From the IMG/VR virus record IMGVR_UViG_3300025723_001115, positions 1-50,039 of that record: a stretch of DNA of 50,039 nt. One strand, given 5' to 3'. The notes beneath the pieces are model-generated. The model had not been told where the DNA came from. It was given only the letters and a program-made list of their open reading frames with translations, and made no database searches. Below, piece by piece: positions 27,021 through 36,751 of the stretch. The translations under genes were made by a program, and so were the position numbers. Each line of letters begins with the position of its first letter. The first letter of the stretch is position 1. The DNA is from a virus. Lineage: Duplodnaviria > Caudoviricetes.

Positions 27021-28976
27021 TTATAAAATTGATTTGTATGAATAAGTGAAAGTACCAAAATCATTTGTATAGTTGTTTACATAAGCAACTTCTATACTGC
27101 TTGGCACTTGTCCGCCAGCGCCGGTGTATGTTGCTCCAGTTTGTGATAAAAATAATGCTTTAAAATCCAATAATAATGATGTTACGTTAGTTGGATCATT
27201 TCCAGCAAAATTAAATTCATCCGATAGTTGGACATTGCCTGTTTGCGTATTAGCCACGATTGTAATGGTACCTGTTCTGCTAAATGAACCATAACTACTT
27301 GTATAGGTGTAGTCCACTAGATGAGTTATAGTTCCGGTTGGAGCGCCGTAGTTGTCTGTTCCTACTGGAAGTCTAAATGCTGGAGTATATTGTGTTGTGT
27401 TTGTAATTGCTACCAACTGTGTGCCATAGCTTTCATACACACTTGGTCCTGACAATTCAGGTACATAGGCAATGGATGCGTTTGCTGGACTTGCGGCAAG
27501 GCTTAATGATGCTGAACGGTCTGAGTATAATCTAGAAGCTTTGTTACCAATAGACGCAAAATATACTTGCGGAAATACAGCACTTGGGAAACTGCCATTA
27601 TTGCCTACGTTAACAAATCTACAGTTGTCTACGCTATTACCATAACCGGCGCCAATAAATACACCTTGCTGATTAATCAATTCAAATTTACAATTAGTGA
27701 ATACTGTTTCACGAGCACCATATAACTGTCCAATAGTGCCAGTATGACTAATAGTTCCATTGGCATAATATAATTGTATGTCGGCTCCTACACTAAGACT
27801 CACACCAACATTTAAATTGTAAAAATGACAAGTATCAAATACGTTATTTCTAACGTCTTGAATACTGTATAATCCATAATAGAAATTAGACACGTATACA
27901 TTTCTAAATGTGTTATTACTTGTGCTAACACCATCAGTTGTTTGATATCCTTGTGCTACATTCATTTGGATGCCAATTGATTTGGCACTAGTTGTACTAG
28001 ATCCAACCAGTTTGATATTTTCAAAAGTACTATCACGAACTGCGTCTAACTGTAATGCCGAAGAATATTGTGTTGATACATTAACAGTTAATCCTTCCAT
28101 AATAATATACTTAGGCTGTGTGCCGCCTAGTGTATTATTAATAAAACTAGGAGCACCCGGTGTACTTGAATCATTTACAAACTGTATAGCAGGTACTGAT
28201 AGTATTACAGTCATTGTTTCAGCAGAACTAGAAGTTCCAGTTGCCGCTTGACTAATTGTAAGACTTACCCCAGGAGTTGCTCCAAGTACTGTAGTGCCTA
28301 CAGGAATGTTTGCTCCAGTAATACTAGCTCCAACCATTAATGCTGTAGCACCTGTTGTTGTAACAGTTGTACTATTATTAACAGTATTGCCAGATACTGT
28401 TGTTGTTGGATTGTATTGAATAATTGTTTTGTCTACACCAGCACCAACAATCGTTGCGTAACTAGGTACATACAAGGGACTAGTAATTGAATATATACCA
28501 GCTGGAATTTCTAATTTAAGTCTATTTGGAACACCAGCTGGATTATTACTAGCTTTGTTATTTGTGTTTAAAAATAATTCATTAATAGCACGTTGTAACG
28601 CGGCAGTATAATCTCCACCACTAATATCCGTTGTCGTTAAGAAATCATTTAAACTTACACGATCGTCCAATCGAGCTTGTAAACTACGACTAACTGAATG
28701 GTTAACGTCCGGACCTGTGATAATTGTAGTATCGTTTGTTTTATAAACGTACTGTAATAATCCTAACAAATTACCTGCGGCTGACAAGTCATTTTGTGTT
28801 AGAATTTTAGTGTTACCAACAGCAGGTGCGCCTTCGCTAACAGCGCCATTGCCAATGTATAATTCCTGGGTATCAATGGCCCATGCCATCTCAGCAGATG
28901 CTAATTGGGGTAACCCAGTACCTTGATTTGCTTGCCCACGGCGAATTTGTATTCTTGAGATCTGTACGACAGCCAT
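27021..28976 (-). CDS. Tail fibre/spike-like protein with pectin-lyase-like beta-helix
   Basis: N-terminal RIQIRRG...E.AWA.DT..LYIG anchor; DYTAALQRAI, IPAGIY and TIVGAG motifs. Confidence 0.7.
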   Translation of the reverse strand: MAVVQISRIQIRRGQANQGTGLPQLASAEMAWAIDTQELYIGNGAVSEGAPAVGNTKILTQNDLSAAGNLLGLLQYVYKTNDTTIITGPDVNHSVSRSLQARLDDRVSLNDFLTTTDISGGDYTAALQRAINELFLNTNNKASNNPAGVPNRLKLEIPAGIYSITSPLYVPSYATIVGAGVDKTIIQYNPTTTVSGNTVNNSTTVTTTGATALMVGASITGANIPVGTTVLGATPGVSLTISQAATGTSSSAETMTVILSVPAIQFVNDSSTPGAPSFINNTLGGTQPKYIIMEGLTVNVSTQYSSALQLDAVRDSTFENIKLVGSSTTSAKSIGIQMNVAQGYQTTDGVSTSNNTFRNVYVSNFYYGLYSIQDVRNNVFDTCHFYNLNVGVSLSVGADIQLYYANGTISHTGTIGQLYGARETVFTNCKFELINQQGVFIGAGYGNSVDNCRFVNVGNNGSFPSAVFPQVYFASIGNKASRLYSDRSASLSLAASPANASIAYVPELSGPSVYESYGTQLVAITNTTQYTPAFRLPVGTDNYGAPTGTITHLVDYTYTSSYGSFSRTGTITIVANTQTGNVQLSDEFNFAGNDPTNVTSLLLDFKALFLSQTGATYTGAGGQVPSSIEVAYVNNYTNDFGTFTYSYKSIL

Positions 28977-29003
28977 TGAAATATCCTCTATATAGGATAT
29001 TTA

Positions 29004-29723
29004 TCAGTTATACTTGTAGTATTCCTCTACTCTATCCCACCACTTTTTCTCCCAGTAGCTAAAATCGCCTGGTTTTAGGATAAATTCCTGATAAACAGGT
29101 ACATCTATCATTTCCAGCTTTTCATTCAGCTTGGGTTGTACACACATTAAAACTACACCCTTGTTTATATTAGTTCCGTGTACTTCGTTGTGTGCTAAGG
29201 CGTAAGCAGTTAATTGTAGATAGTAATCTTCAATCCACTCTTCTTTTTTAGGTTTGTTTGTTTGCTTATAGTCTATAATAGCTTGTTCGTTTAAATGTAG
29301 ACCCAAGCCGTCTGTAGTTCCTGCGTACAATCCCGGAAAATACAATGGTACTTCTACTCCCCATATTTCGTTTACATTACATAAACCTTGTTGAATAACA
29401 ACTTGTGCCATAGCATGGCTTTGTTTACTGTAAGGATTAGTTCCTGGGGGCTGGATAGCACCAGTCTTAACATAGTCCTCTAAGTACTTGTGCATACGAG
29501 TACCGCGATTGGCAGCCTCTGTAGTAATTTCCTGAGCTTTCTTTTCACCGACAGCTTTTCGCCAATTGGCTAAAGCTATTCGTTTTTCTTCTGGCTTAGT
29601 TTTGTCTAAGATGGTAGTTACACTAGGAACTTTTGATCCATCCGGTGTCGCATATAAGCGTTTGCCTTCTACACTTTCTCTATTGATAGGTGTGTAAGAA
29701 TACCTTTCTGTTAGTAATGTCAT
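29004..29723 (-). CDS. PD-(D/E)xK exonuclease (Cas4/MGME1-like)
   Basis: PSVTTIL, RGTRMH, YAGTTD, IIDYKQ and YYLQLTAY motifs. Confidence 0.85.
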   Translation of the reverse strand: MTLLTERYSYTPINRESVEGKRLYATPDGSKVPSVTTILDKTKPEEKRIALANWRKAVGEKKAQEITTEAANRGTRMHKYLEDYVKTGAIQPPGTNPYSKQSHAMAQVVIQQGLCNVNEIWGVEVPLYFPGLYAGTTDGLGLHLNEQAIIDYKQTNKPKKEEWIEDYYLQLTAYALAHNEVHGTNINKGVVLMCVQPKLNEKLEMIDVPVYQEFILKPGDFSYWEKKWWDRVEEYYKYN

Positions 29724-29741
29724 ACAACATTATAACACAAA

Positions 29742-30101
29742 TTAATCAGCTTTCATAGCCTTTTTGGTTGCCGACATTGCCATACTGTCTACAGCATTAC
29801 TAGCTTTCTTTTGTTCTGGATTGCCTTGTTCTGGTTGATCAGCGGTTTTAGCTGTTTTAAGAACAACTCCGTGACCATCAAAACGATCAACTAGTTGTTT
29901 TAAAATTGGATCACTATCCCAACGAGCGGCAAAGCGATCGTAGTCGATATCTGGAGATCCGTATTCTTGTCCTAATTGATTAAGTGCGTCCCATGTTAGT
30001 TGGGATTCAGAGCCGTTATTGTCTGCTGCACTTTGTAGAGCCCTTAGTGTAAGAACTAAGGGGTCTACTGATTCTCTAATTGCTTGAATTACTTTTTTTT
30101 T
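29742..30101 (-). CDS. Start-less ORF, candidate -1 frameshift extension of the upstream gene
   Basis: KKK-VIQAIRESVDPLVLTLRALQ...KKAMKAD*. No ATG/GTG/TTG until the last ~13 codons, and an in-frame TAA immediately precedes CTC-A9. Confidence 0.75.
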   Translation of the reverse strand, partial: KKKVIQAIRESVDPLVLTLRALQSAADNNGSESQLTWDALNQLGQEYGSPDIDYDRFAARWDSDPILKQLVDRFDGHGVVLKTAKTADQPEQGNPEQKKASNAVDSMAMSATKKAMKAD

Positions 30102-31093
30102 GAGTTAAGTAACATGCCTAGTCTACGGCTATAATCAACGCTTTCACGTTTCTCACGGCCAACTGCGCCCATAGCCGCAGGAGTTTCTTCTGCGCCCATT
30201 CCGCCTTCCTCTTCGCCTGGCATTGGTTCTTCGCCTGGAGCGCCTGCTGGAGCACTCATATCTCCACCCATACCGCCTGGAGCTGGTGTGCCCATTGTTG
30301 GAGCTTCTCCGCCTGATACAATAGCTAATGCGCCTTGTAAGCCTTGACGACTTGTTTCAATTGCTGTGTAAATTGCTTCTAATGCTGGCTTAACAGCATC
30401 GTTATATTGTTGGGAAACATCACTGCCCATTGTTTCTCTTATAGAGTCTAATAATTCTAAAAGCTGTTCAGCTTTCATTTGAGCTGTATCTTCTAACCAA
30501 CCAGTAATACGATCTACCATATCTTTAGTAGCCATAATTACCTTGGCCTTGTCTTCTTCGCCTTCTGCTAGATATACAATGTGATTAGCAACTGACTCAC
30601 TTAGATCGTAACGTGTAGTTAGTTCTGCGGCCAATTCTTCTTCATCACTTTCTTCTAGTTCGATTCTTTGGATAGCACTATTGATCCAGCTTTGTGGAAC
30701 ACGATATTGACTAGCTTTTTCTTTAATTGATTCTGCCTGAACTTTTTTACGTAGCTCTTTCTTTTCTTCTGCTTTTTCTGTGTCAACACTTTCTTCCACG
30801 CAATCACAAGGATTGTGGTGGCAAGTGTCACATTTGCCTTCATCACGTTCTAAGATCTCTTGATTGATACAATCAAGGAACAAGCGTGTCTTTTGATATT
30901 CTTGACTATCATGCAATGCGTCGTAGCCTTCGTTAACTTCAAACTGACTAATTTTAGTACGTAATTTGTTACGTGCGTCTTCTAACTGAACATCGCTGAA
31001 TTGTTCAAGGTTAATTTTGTAACCAAATTTCTTAGCAAGGCTTTCGTTAAGCTGTTTGCTAGTTACGGGTTTTGATAATTCTCTAATTTGCAT
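30089..31093 (-). CDS. Acidic coiled-coil protein (prohead core/scaffold-like) ending at a slippery site
   Basis: Starts MQIREL after TATAAATA and ends TCA AAA AAA AAG TAA. Confidence 0.65.
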   Translation of the reverse strand: MQIRELSKPVTSKQLNESLAKKFGYKINLEQFSDVQLEDARNKLRTKISQFEVNEGYDALHDSQEYQKTRLFLDCINQEILERDEGKCDTCHHNPCDCVEESVDTEKAEEKKELRKKVQAESIKEKASQYRVPQSWINSAIQRIELEESDEEELAAELTTRYDLSESVANHIVYLAEGEEDKAKVIMATKDMVDRITGWLEDTAQMKAEQLLELLDSIRETMGSDVSQQYNDAVKPALEAIYTAIETSRQGLQGALAIVSGGEAPTMGTPAPGGMGGDMSAPAGAPGEEPMPGEEEGGMGAEETPAAMGAVGREKRESVDYSRRLGMLLNSKKK

Positions 31094-31125
31094 GATGGTT
31101 TCCCTAAAGCGTTTCTTATTACTAT

Positions 31126-31584
31126 TTATACAAAACTCCACTTAAACATTGTGGAAATCTTTTCCTTCAAACGTTCAGCGCGAGCTTGGCTATCTTCTAA
31201 TTTGTTTAATAATACAATATATCTGCCGAAATCTTTGGCTTTTTTGATATTTTGCTGGTACACTTGGTTATCACTATAGCTAGCCCAGTACTGATTGTCT
31301 AAATTCTTAATTTCAAAGAACTTGTTTAAATCATTACGGTCGTAAGCCTTAGCTGATAACAAGGCACAAGTTTTTAAATGATACTCGTCTACTATATAAT
31401 TGCTGTGTTTAAAATAAACGGCCCAGTTTTCGCCTTTTGTTTTCTTTATAACAAAGTTTTTATAGGTTAAATTGCCATTGGGCAACACACCAATTGGCAT
31501 AGAGTTGTTTAGTTCTGCTTCAAACTGACTGGCTAACTCTTTGAGTACTTTAGGTTTTGTTTTATTTTGTTTTTTCATTGGCAA
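31126..31584 (-). CDS. Hypothetical protein
   Basis: Long ORF in the operon. Confidence 0.7.
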   Translation of the reverse strand: MPMKKQNKTKPKVLKELASQFEAELNNSMPIGVLPNGNLTYKNFVIKKTKGENWAVYFKHSNYIVDEYHLKTCALLSAKAYDRNDLNKFFEIKNLDNQYWASYSDNQVYQQNIKKAKDFGRYIVLLNKLEDSQARAERLKEKISTMFKWSFV

Positions 31585-31813
31585 CTACAGTAGGATCTTC
31601 GTGTCCTATCTTACTTACCAGACTTTTGCGAATCATGGCTTGAACTTGAAATTGCTCGTGTTCAGTTAGTTGTCTTAGTTTAATAGGTTTTTGTAACTTT
31701 TTAAGTAGTTCACGTTCTTCGTTAGTCGTGAAGATTTCAAAGCCATTGATGATACTATATTTCTCACCCTTGGCTTTAAGTTCCAATCCGTTGACTAGTT
31801 CGTGTATTTTCAT
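31562..31813 (-). CDS. Hypothetical protein
   Basis: MKIHEL N-terminus; overlaps neighbours. Confidence 0.65.
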   Translation of the reverse strand: MKIHELVNGLELKAKGEKYSIINGFEIFTTNEERELLKKLQKPIKLRQLTEHEQFQVQAMIRKSLVSKIGHEDPTVVANEKTK

Positions 31814-32445
31814 CTTAGGCCAGCAATCACACGCATTTTTTCTAATAGCGCATCGTCTTCACTAATAGGACTTAAAATCCCTGCGGATCTTTCATCGCGT
31901 CCAGAACGTTCGCCGCCTTGGCCCTGTGCTCGTTCAAAGTCCTTATCGCGAACTTGATCAATAAAGTTATCTGTAGCATCACCGCCTACATCCTGATTAC
32001 CTTGGCTAATTAAGTCTTGGTTCTCTTCCATATGGTGTTTAACAATGTACTTTAATTCAGCCATTGCTTCTTCGGCATTATCGAAACCAACTGTGTCGTG
32101 GCCCGACGCATAATGTTTAACATACCAATTGCCACCGCCTGGACTTGCTTCAGGGTCTATACCAATTTCGCCTACAGGTTTTCCGTGATGCTTGAAAACT
32201 TTTTTAGTTTCGTCGCCAATTTCTTCACTAGTAGTTACAGTAGATCCTGGTTGTACTGCGCCCTGACCGCTTGTTGGAGGAGGTTTCATTTGAAACTCAC
32301 CAGGCTTATCTGGGTTAGCAATTAAATCGCTAACCTTAGCTTTGATATCTGTGCCGCCTTGATCAATGTCAACTTCGTCGCCGCTGATACTTTTAACTTT
32401 CATTGGCGTAGCATCATCTTCGCCTAGTATGTCTTTAATTTTCAT
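31810..32445 (-). CDS. Acidic hypothetical protein (head-associated type)
   Basis: MKIKDILGED N-terminus and MRVIAGL C-terminus. Confidence 0.65.
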   Translation of the reverse strand: MKIKDILGEDDATPMKVKSISGDEVDIDQGGTDIKAKVSDLIANPDKPGEFQMKPPPTSGQGAVQPGSTVTTSEEIGDETKKVFKHHGKPVGEIGIDPEASPGGGNWYVKHYASGHDTVGFDNAEEAMAELKYIVKHHMEENQDLISQGNQDVGGDATDNFIDQVRDKDFERAQGQGGERSGRDERSAGILSPISEDDALLEKMRVIAGLR

Positions 32446-33127
32446 TGTGTTCTCCGAGGCTTAATTCAGCACTCTCTAGTTTAGTTATGTATTTACGCAA
32501 TTTTTCAATTTGCCCACGGGCTCTGAGTAACTTAAAAGCTAGGTTTTCCACACTTTGTTCACCACCCGATTCTAACCCAGCTTTGCGTAAGCGTTTTAAT
32601 TCATCCATTGCTTCTCTACACTTACTTACGTCTTGACTACGCATAGCTAGATTAATTTTAGCTGAATAATTACGTGCTTTGTTTTTAATATCTTTTGGAT
32701 CTATAGTAGGTTCTTCGTGTACAGGCTCGGTGATCCAATGATCGTCTAATACGCTATAGATGCCTGCTGAATGATGTGGCTGATCTGCTGGTTGTACATA
32801 CAATTCTACAGGTATGTTCTGTATGTGTAAATCGTGTTGGCTATTGTACAAGTTCTTCTTAGCTGTAAACAGTTCTTCGTTTTCTAACTTGTTTACTACT
32901 AAGTGTAAATCGATATCACTATAATCGCTATAGTTATACCCAGCACTTGAACCACTGAGGGTTACATCTTTTAAATGTAGTACAGGAACGTTTAGATAAA
33001 GGGCAAAATGACGAGCTATTTTTAATAGCTGTAAGCGTACATCTTTGCGTAGCTTGTTGTTGTCCCAAAGTACAGGGTTAAGCTCGTGATGATGAGGATT
33101 TGGATCGATTAATTCTTCGAAGTTCAT
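32435..33127 (-). CDS. Pol-beta-superfamily nucleotidyltransferase
   Basis: LSGS...YSDIDLH (GS-x10-DxD) and PVELY motifs. Confidence 0.8.
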   Translation of the reverse strand: MNFEELIDPNPHHHELNPVLWDNNKLRKDVRLQLLKIARHFALYLNVPVLHLKDVTLSGSSAGYNYSDYSDIDLHLVVNKLENEELFTAKKNLYNSQHDLHIQNIPVELYVQPADQPHHSAGIYSVLDDHWITEPVHEEPTIDPKDIKNKARNYSAKINLAMRSQDVSKCREAMDELKRLRKAGLESGGEQSVENLAFKLLRARGQIEKLRKYITKLESAELSLGEHNEN

Positions 33128-33143
33128 TCAGTATTTAACTGAA

Positions 33144-33578
33144 TTATAGGCCGATTAGTTTAATTACGTCTTTGATATTACCAGCGTGTATCCAACCTGC
33201 GCCAGCTAAGAATGCTAGGCCAACCATGCCCCAACGCATCCATTTGTCTTTGACTGTTTCTAATTCTTTGATTTTCTTATGTAGCTCGTCTTTAGTTGAT
33301 TCTAATTTACCAGCTAGTTCTTTGTGTTGATCAGATTGCTGATCATTTAATTTATCTGTGTGTTCGTAATAACGTTGGGCATTAGTACGATACTCTTCTG
33401 TCATCTTATCTAATTGCTCTAAAACACGGTCGCGGGTATTGTCCAAGCAGTCATGCATTTCTTTGATGTCGTCTTTAACTTCACCAAGTTTTTCGTTGAT
33501 GTTTTCAACTTTAGTTTCTAGTATGCCTACACGCTCTGGTAGTTCTGCTAGTTGTGCTTGTGCTAATTTAGTGGCCAT
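33144..33578 (-). CDS. Coiled-coil protein with C-terminal TM helix
   Basis: Heptad pattern followed by WGMVGLAFLAGAGWI. Confidence 0.65.
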   Translation of the reverse strand: MATKLAQAQLAELPERVGILETKVENINEKLGEVKDDIKEMHDCLDNTRDRVLEQLDKMTEEYRTNAQRYYEHTDKLNDQQSDQHKELAGKLESTKDELHKKIKELETVKDKWMRWGMVGLAFLAGAGWIHAGNIKDVIKLIGL

Positions 33579-33716
33579 CCCCAGGCTCTCCAATGTTATA
33601 AGTCTTGTGCTCGCTCCGAGCTGGGCCTATTGTATGATTGGTAATAATGTGCCTAGATAATGATATTTTGCCTACAACTATATTTATTACATTTGAGTAA
33701 TAGATAAGCAGGTGTT

Positions 33717-34118
33717 TTATTTTTTAAAGAAACTAATGTTCTTTCCAGGATCAGCTGTATTGAAAACTGCGTATTGTTGTACCATGTCTTCATTGAGCCC
33801 ACCTATGTAGGGAACTAGATGGAAGTCTTGTTTTAAGAATTCTACTGGATCTTCTTCTGTGCCGTACAAGTTTTCACGTTCTGTACTAAAGTCAAAACGC
33901 CATAAGCGTAGTATTTCATCAGTGTCAAACCCAGCGTTACGCCCAGTAGTTTCAAGTTGAGTTGGAAATGTTGAATAGTTTATGTTGGCTCGTATACCCA
34001 GTGTTTGTAATACTGTTTGAAAATTCTGTTCTTCTAAACGTGCTAGTTCTTTACCAGACTCGTTTCTATTCTGCCCAGTATGTGTAATATCAACAAGTGT
34101 GTATAGTTTGTAATCCAT
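33717..34118 (-). CDS. Hypothetical phage protein
   Basis: YTLVDITHTG...QNFQTVLQTLGIR; TAAATA upstream. Confidence 0.7.
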   Translation of the reverse strand: MDYKLYTLVDITHTGQNRNESGKELARLEEQNFQTVLQTLGIRANINYSTFPTQLETTGRNAGFDTDEILRLWRFDFSTERENLYGTEEDPVEFLKQDFHLVPYIGGLNEDMVQQYAVFNTADPGKNISFFKK

Positions 34119-34135
34119 CACATATTTAAGCCAAC

Positions 34136-34158
34136 AAAAAAGGACTCCGAAGAGTCCT
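34136..34158 (-). terminator. Intrinsic terminator with C(UUCG)G tetraloop
   Basis: AGGACTC-TTCG-GAGTCCT-TTTTT on the minus strand. Confidence 0.85.
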
Positions 34159-34196
34159 GATTTGCTTCCCATCCCGAACAGGAATAAACTAATAAA

Positions 34197-34766
34197 TTAG
34201 TATGTGTGACCTGGAATAGTAATTGTGTTACCGTTTAAGTAACCAGGTTGAACTGTGATACCAGCAATACCAGTTGCAGCAATAACTGCAGCTTGGATTG
34301 TTTGAGCGGCTGTGTTACCACTTGATTGCTCACCAGCGGCACCCATTGCACCGTTAGCACTTGCGGCTGTGTCGATATAAACACCAACTGTTAACAAACC
34401 AGTTTGGTTTGAACCAGGAGTACCACCAGTTGTTAAAGCACCAACCATGAAAATTTCAGCTGCAATAGCAACACCGTTTAGAGCGGCGTAGATTGCGCTG
34501 TTTGAGCTATAGATCTTTGCTGGTGGAATAACGATGTTACCACTTGCGTCATAGATTGCGTAGTCTTCACCTGTACCACCTACGTTTGTAGTGTCACTTG
34601 TTGAAACGCTAGCTTCAGTTGTGTTTGTGTTGATTGAGTTGCTTGGAAAGCTGATTACCATAAAAGCTAATTGACGTGTGCCAAAGTTGCTGAATGGAGC
34701 AATCGCACGACGATAGTTTGCCGCTACGATACCTGTTGATAAAAGATTACCTGAATATTGTGCCAT
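34197..34766 (-). CDS. Probable abundant virion structural (decoration-type) protein
   Basis: Strong GAGGAG SD, late motif upstream, its own terminator, and A/G/T/S-rich composition. Confidence 0.55.
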   Translation of the reverse strand: MAQYSGNLLSTGIVAANYRRAIAPFSNFGTRQLAFMVISFPSNSINTNTTEASVSTSDTTNVGGTGEDYAIYDASGNIVIPPAKIYSSNSAIYAALNGVAIAAEIFMVGALTTGGTPGSNQTGLLTVGVYIDTAASANGAMGAAGEQSSGNTAAQTIQAAVIAATGIAGITVQPGYLNGNTITIPGHTY

Positions 34767-34893
34767 TTTAATTTCTCCTCGAATAGCATAACTGTTCACA
34801 CTCTGTGAACGACCTTCCTAAAAGGCCTTTGTATAATTATTTAGTTCAGTTTGGAAAAATACCAGGAATATGCCAGGATTTTGGTATTTGAAT

Positions 34894-35145
34894 TTACTCT
34901 TTAGACTCATGAATACGCTTGATTCCACGCTTGAATTTGGTGGGATCTGCGCCTTTAATACTGTTAATAAAGCGGCGCTCTAGCTCGGCGGCGGTTTCCA
35001 CATCATAATTCTCACGAATCATGTCTAGTAAATTAATAGCACTTTGGATTATGTTGCTACCACGACTTTCTATAACTAAGTCTGGGTCACGGGCTACGCC
35101 AATGTCACTAATTTCTTGTAGAATACTACGGGTGCTTTTACGCAT
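34894..35145 (-). CDS. Hypothetical phage protein
   Basis: MRKSTRSILQE...ELERRFINSIK; TAAATA upstream. Confidence 0.7.
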   Translation of the reverse strand: MRKSTRSILQEISDIGVARDPDLVIESRGSNIIQSAINLLDMIRENYDVETAAELERRFINSIKGADPTKFKRGIKRIHESKE

Positions 35146-35304
35146 AATGTTTCTCTTTAGTATATTTATTTGATTATACACATGATTGTAAAGAATATCA
35201 AATGAGTTGAATAATCTTGCTGTAACATATATACTGCTAAATACTCAGTAGAAACACTGATAACGTTTTTACTGATATTACACATACACTTAAAGGAACA
35301 CAAA

Positions 35305-35490
35305 ATGTTAAAAACCATATCAAACTGGGTCAAAAGCCTAGAAAATTCATTCAGTAAACCACAAACTTACGGTAGTGGGCTAGAGTACTACATTGTCAAA
35401 AACAATCCACAAAATGCCGCAGACGTTGATCGTCTAACCAAAGAATACGAAACTAATAGAAGTACATTCTATTGGGCAAGGGGGCTTTAA
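35305..35490 (+). CDS. Small protein, DUF3563-like
   Basis: LEYYI...PQNAADVDRL motif; SD AAGGA. Confidence 0.55.
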   Translation: MLKTISNWVKSLENSFSKPQTYGSGLEYYIVKNNPQNAADVDRLTKEYETNRSTFYWARGL

Positions 35491-35491
35491 A

Positions 35492-35584
35492 ATGAAACAA
35501 TTTTTTAAAGACTTTTACGAAATCGTTAAAGCAGTACAGCAAGCTCGTGCAGAAGCTATACTCAAAGGCCAACACTGGATTTAA
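35492..35584 (+). CDS. Small hypothetical protein (30 aa)
   Basis: MKQFFKDFYEIVKAVQQARAEAILKGQHWI*; fills the gap exactly. Confidence 0.55.
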   Translation: MKQFFKDFYEIVKAVQQARAEAILKGQHWI

Positions 35585-35587
35585 CCA

Positions 35588-36136
35588 ATGCTTACTACAG
35601 TTCGTCGTGTACTTCCACACGAGTATGCCAAATATCGTACGCACCTTAAATCTCTTGACGCAGAATCTAAGGTATTACGGTTTGGCTATACAGTTAGCGA
35701 CTACATCATTGACACACTTTGTGACAAGTTTGAAGCCAACCCTGATAAACATATTCTATTTGCTATAGAAAATGAACAGTTAGAATTCGTTGCTATGGGC
35801 CATATTAGCCTAGAAGGCGAGATGGAGTTGGCTTTTAGTGTGCTCAAAGACTACCAAGGACAGGGCATGGGCAACAGGCTAATAAAACGTTGTATCCAGT
35901 ATTGCCGTACGCATAACGTTCTTAAAGGATGTATGGTATGCCTAAGTACTAATAACCGTATCAAACACCTATGTTCTAAGTACGGTATTACAATGGAAAA
36001 TGAGATGGGCGAGACACTTGCTACTATAGAATTACCACAGGCAGACGTGTATACCTATGTAGAAGAAGCTACTAGTGCTAATATGGCTGTGGTAGACTAT
36101 TTTAGCAAGCGTATTACCAGACCACTTTACATTTAG
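35588..36136 (+). CDS. GNAT acetyltransferase
   Basis: ELAFSV..YQGQGMG motif A and CLSTNN. Ends in TAG. Confidence 0.85.
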   Translation: MLTTVRRVLPHEYAKYRTHLKSLDAESKVLRFGYTVSDYIIDTLCDKFEANPDKHILFAIENEQLEFVAMGHISLEGEMELAFSVLKDYQGQGMGNRLIKRCIQYCRTHNVLKGCMVCLSTNNRIKHLCSKYGITMENEMGETLATIELPQADVYTYVEEATSANMAVVDYFSKRITRPLYI

Positions 36137-36211
36137 TATTTTATAAGTTATAATAAATACATGGACAGCAATAATGCTGTTACACACTTAAACACACACA
36201 AGGAGAAAAAT

Positions 36212-36418
36212 ATGTTTAATCAAGCAATTGACGCCGTACAAAGCGGCAAAAAAGTAGTCGTTAACACATTTGTTAAAGATGAACTAGTTCAAAAAGAACT
36301 AATCAAATTAATCGAAGCACAAACTAAGTTTTATCAAGGATGGGTTGATACAACTCTAACACTTGCTCAAACTCTAGTTTCTAGCTACAAAGATTCAGTT
36401 TACAAAGGAGCAAAATAA
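36212..36418 (+). CDS. Small helical protein, phasin-like
   Basis: SD AAGGAG; IDAVQSGKK..VNTFV...LIEAQTKF. Confidence 0.5.
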   Translation: MFNQAIDAVQSGKKVVVNTFVKDELVQKELIKLIEAQTKFYQGWVDTTLTLAQTLVSSYKDSVYKGAK

Positions 36419-36684
36419 TGTCCTTTGAAACTCCAAAAGCACCAGAAGTTAAATTCAACAAGAATGGTTATGAGATCCGTGCTGACGTCTTAGCATTGGC
36501 TAAAGATGCTGTTATGGATGAATACAAGTTTAAGCTACATGGCTGGGAAGTATCAGCTAAGAAAGATGAAAAGACAGGACAACTTGTTAGCTCAGTAGCA
36601 ATGCCAGAATTTCCAGGTCTAGAAAAGATTATGGAAGCGGCAGAAAAGATGTACAGCTTTGTTAACTCAGGTACAAAGAAGTAA
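36418..36684 (+). CDS. Hypothetical phage protein
   Basis: KNGYEIR..VL.LAK...AEKMYSFV; TAATG coupling. Confidence 0.7.
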   Translation: MSFETPKAPEVKFNKNGYEIRADVLALAKDAVMDEYKFKLHGWEVSAKKDEKTGQLVSSVAMPEFPGLEKIMEAAEKMYSFVNSGTKK

Positions 36685-36722
36685 TCTAGCATAGCTATTT
36701 CGCAGAAGTGCGTGACACTACT

Positions 36723-36751
36723 CAAAGGGCCTTGACGGGCCCTTTGTTTTT
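36723..36751 (+). terminator. Intrinsic terminator
   Basis: CAAAGGGCC-TTGACG-GGCCCTTTG followed by TTTTT. Confidence 0.8.

Noticed and set aside
29004-29723. Cas4 of a CRISPR system
   Set aside because: No array or other cas genes are present; stand-alone phage exonucleases of this type are common.
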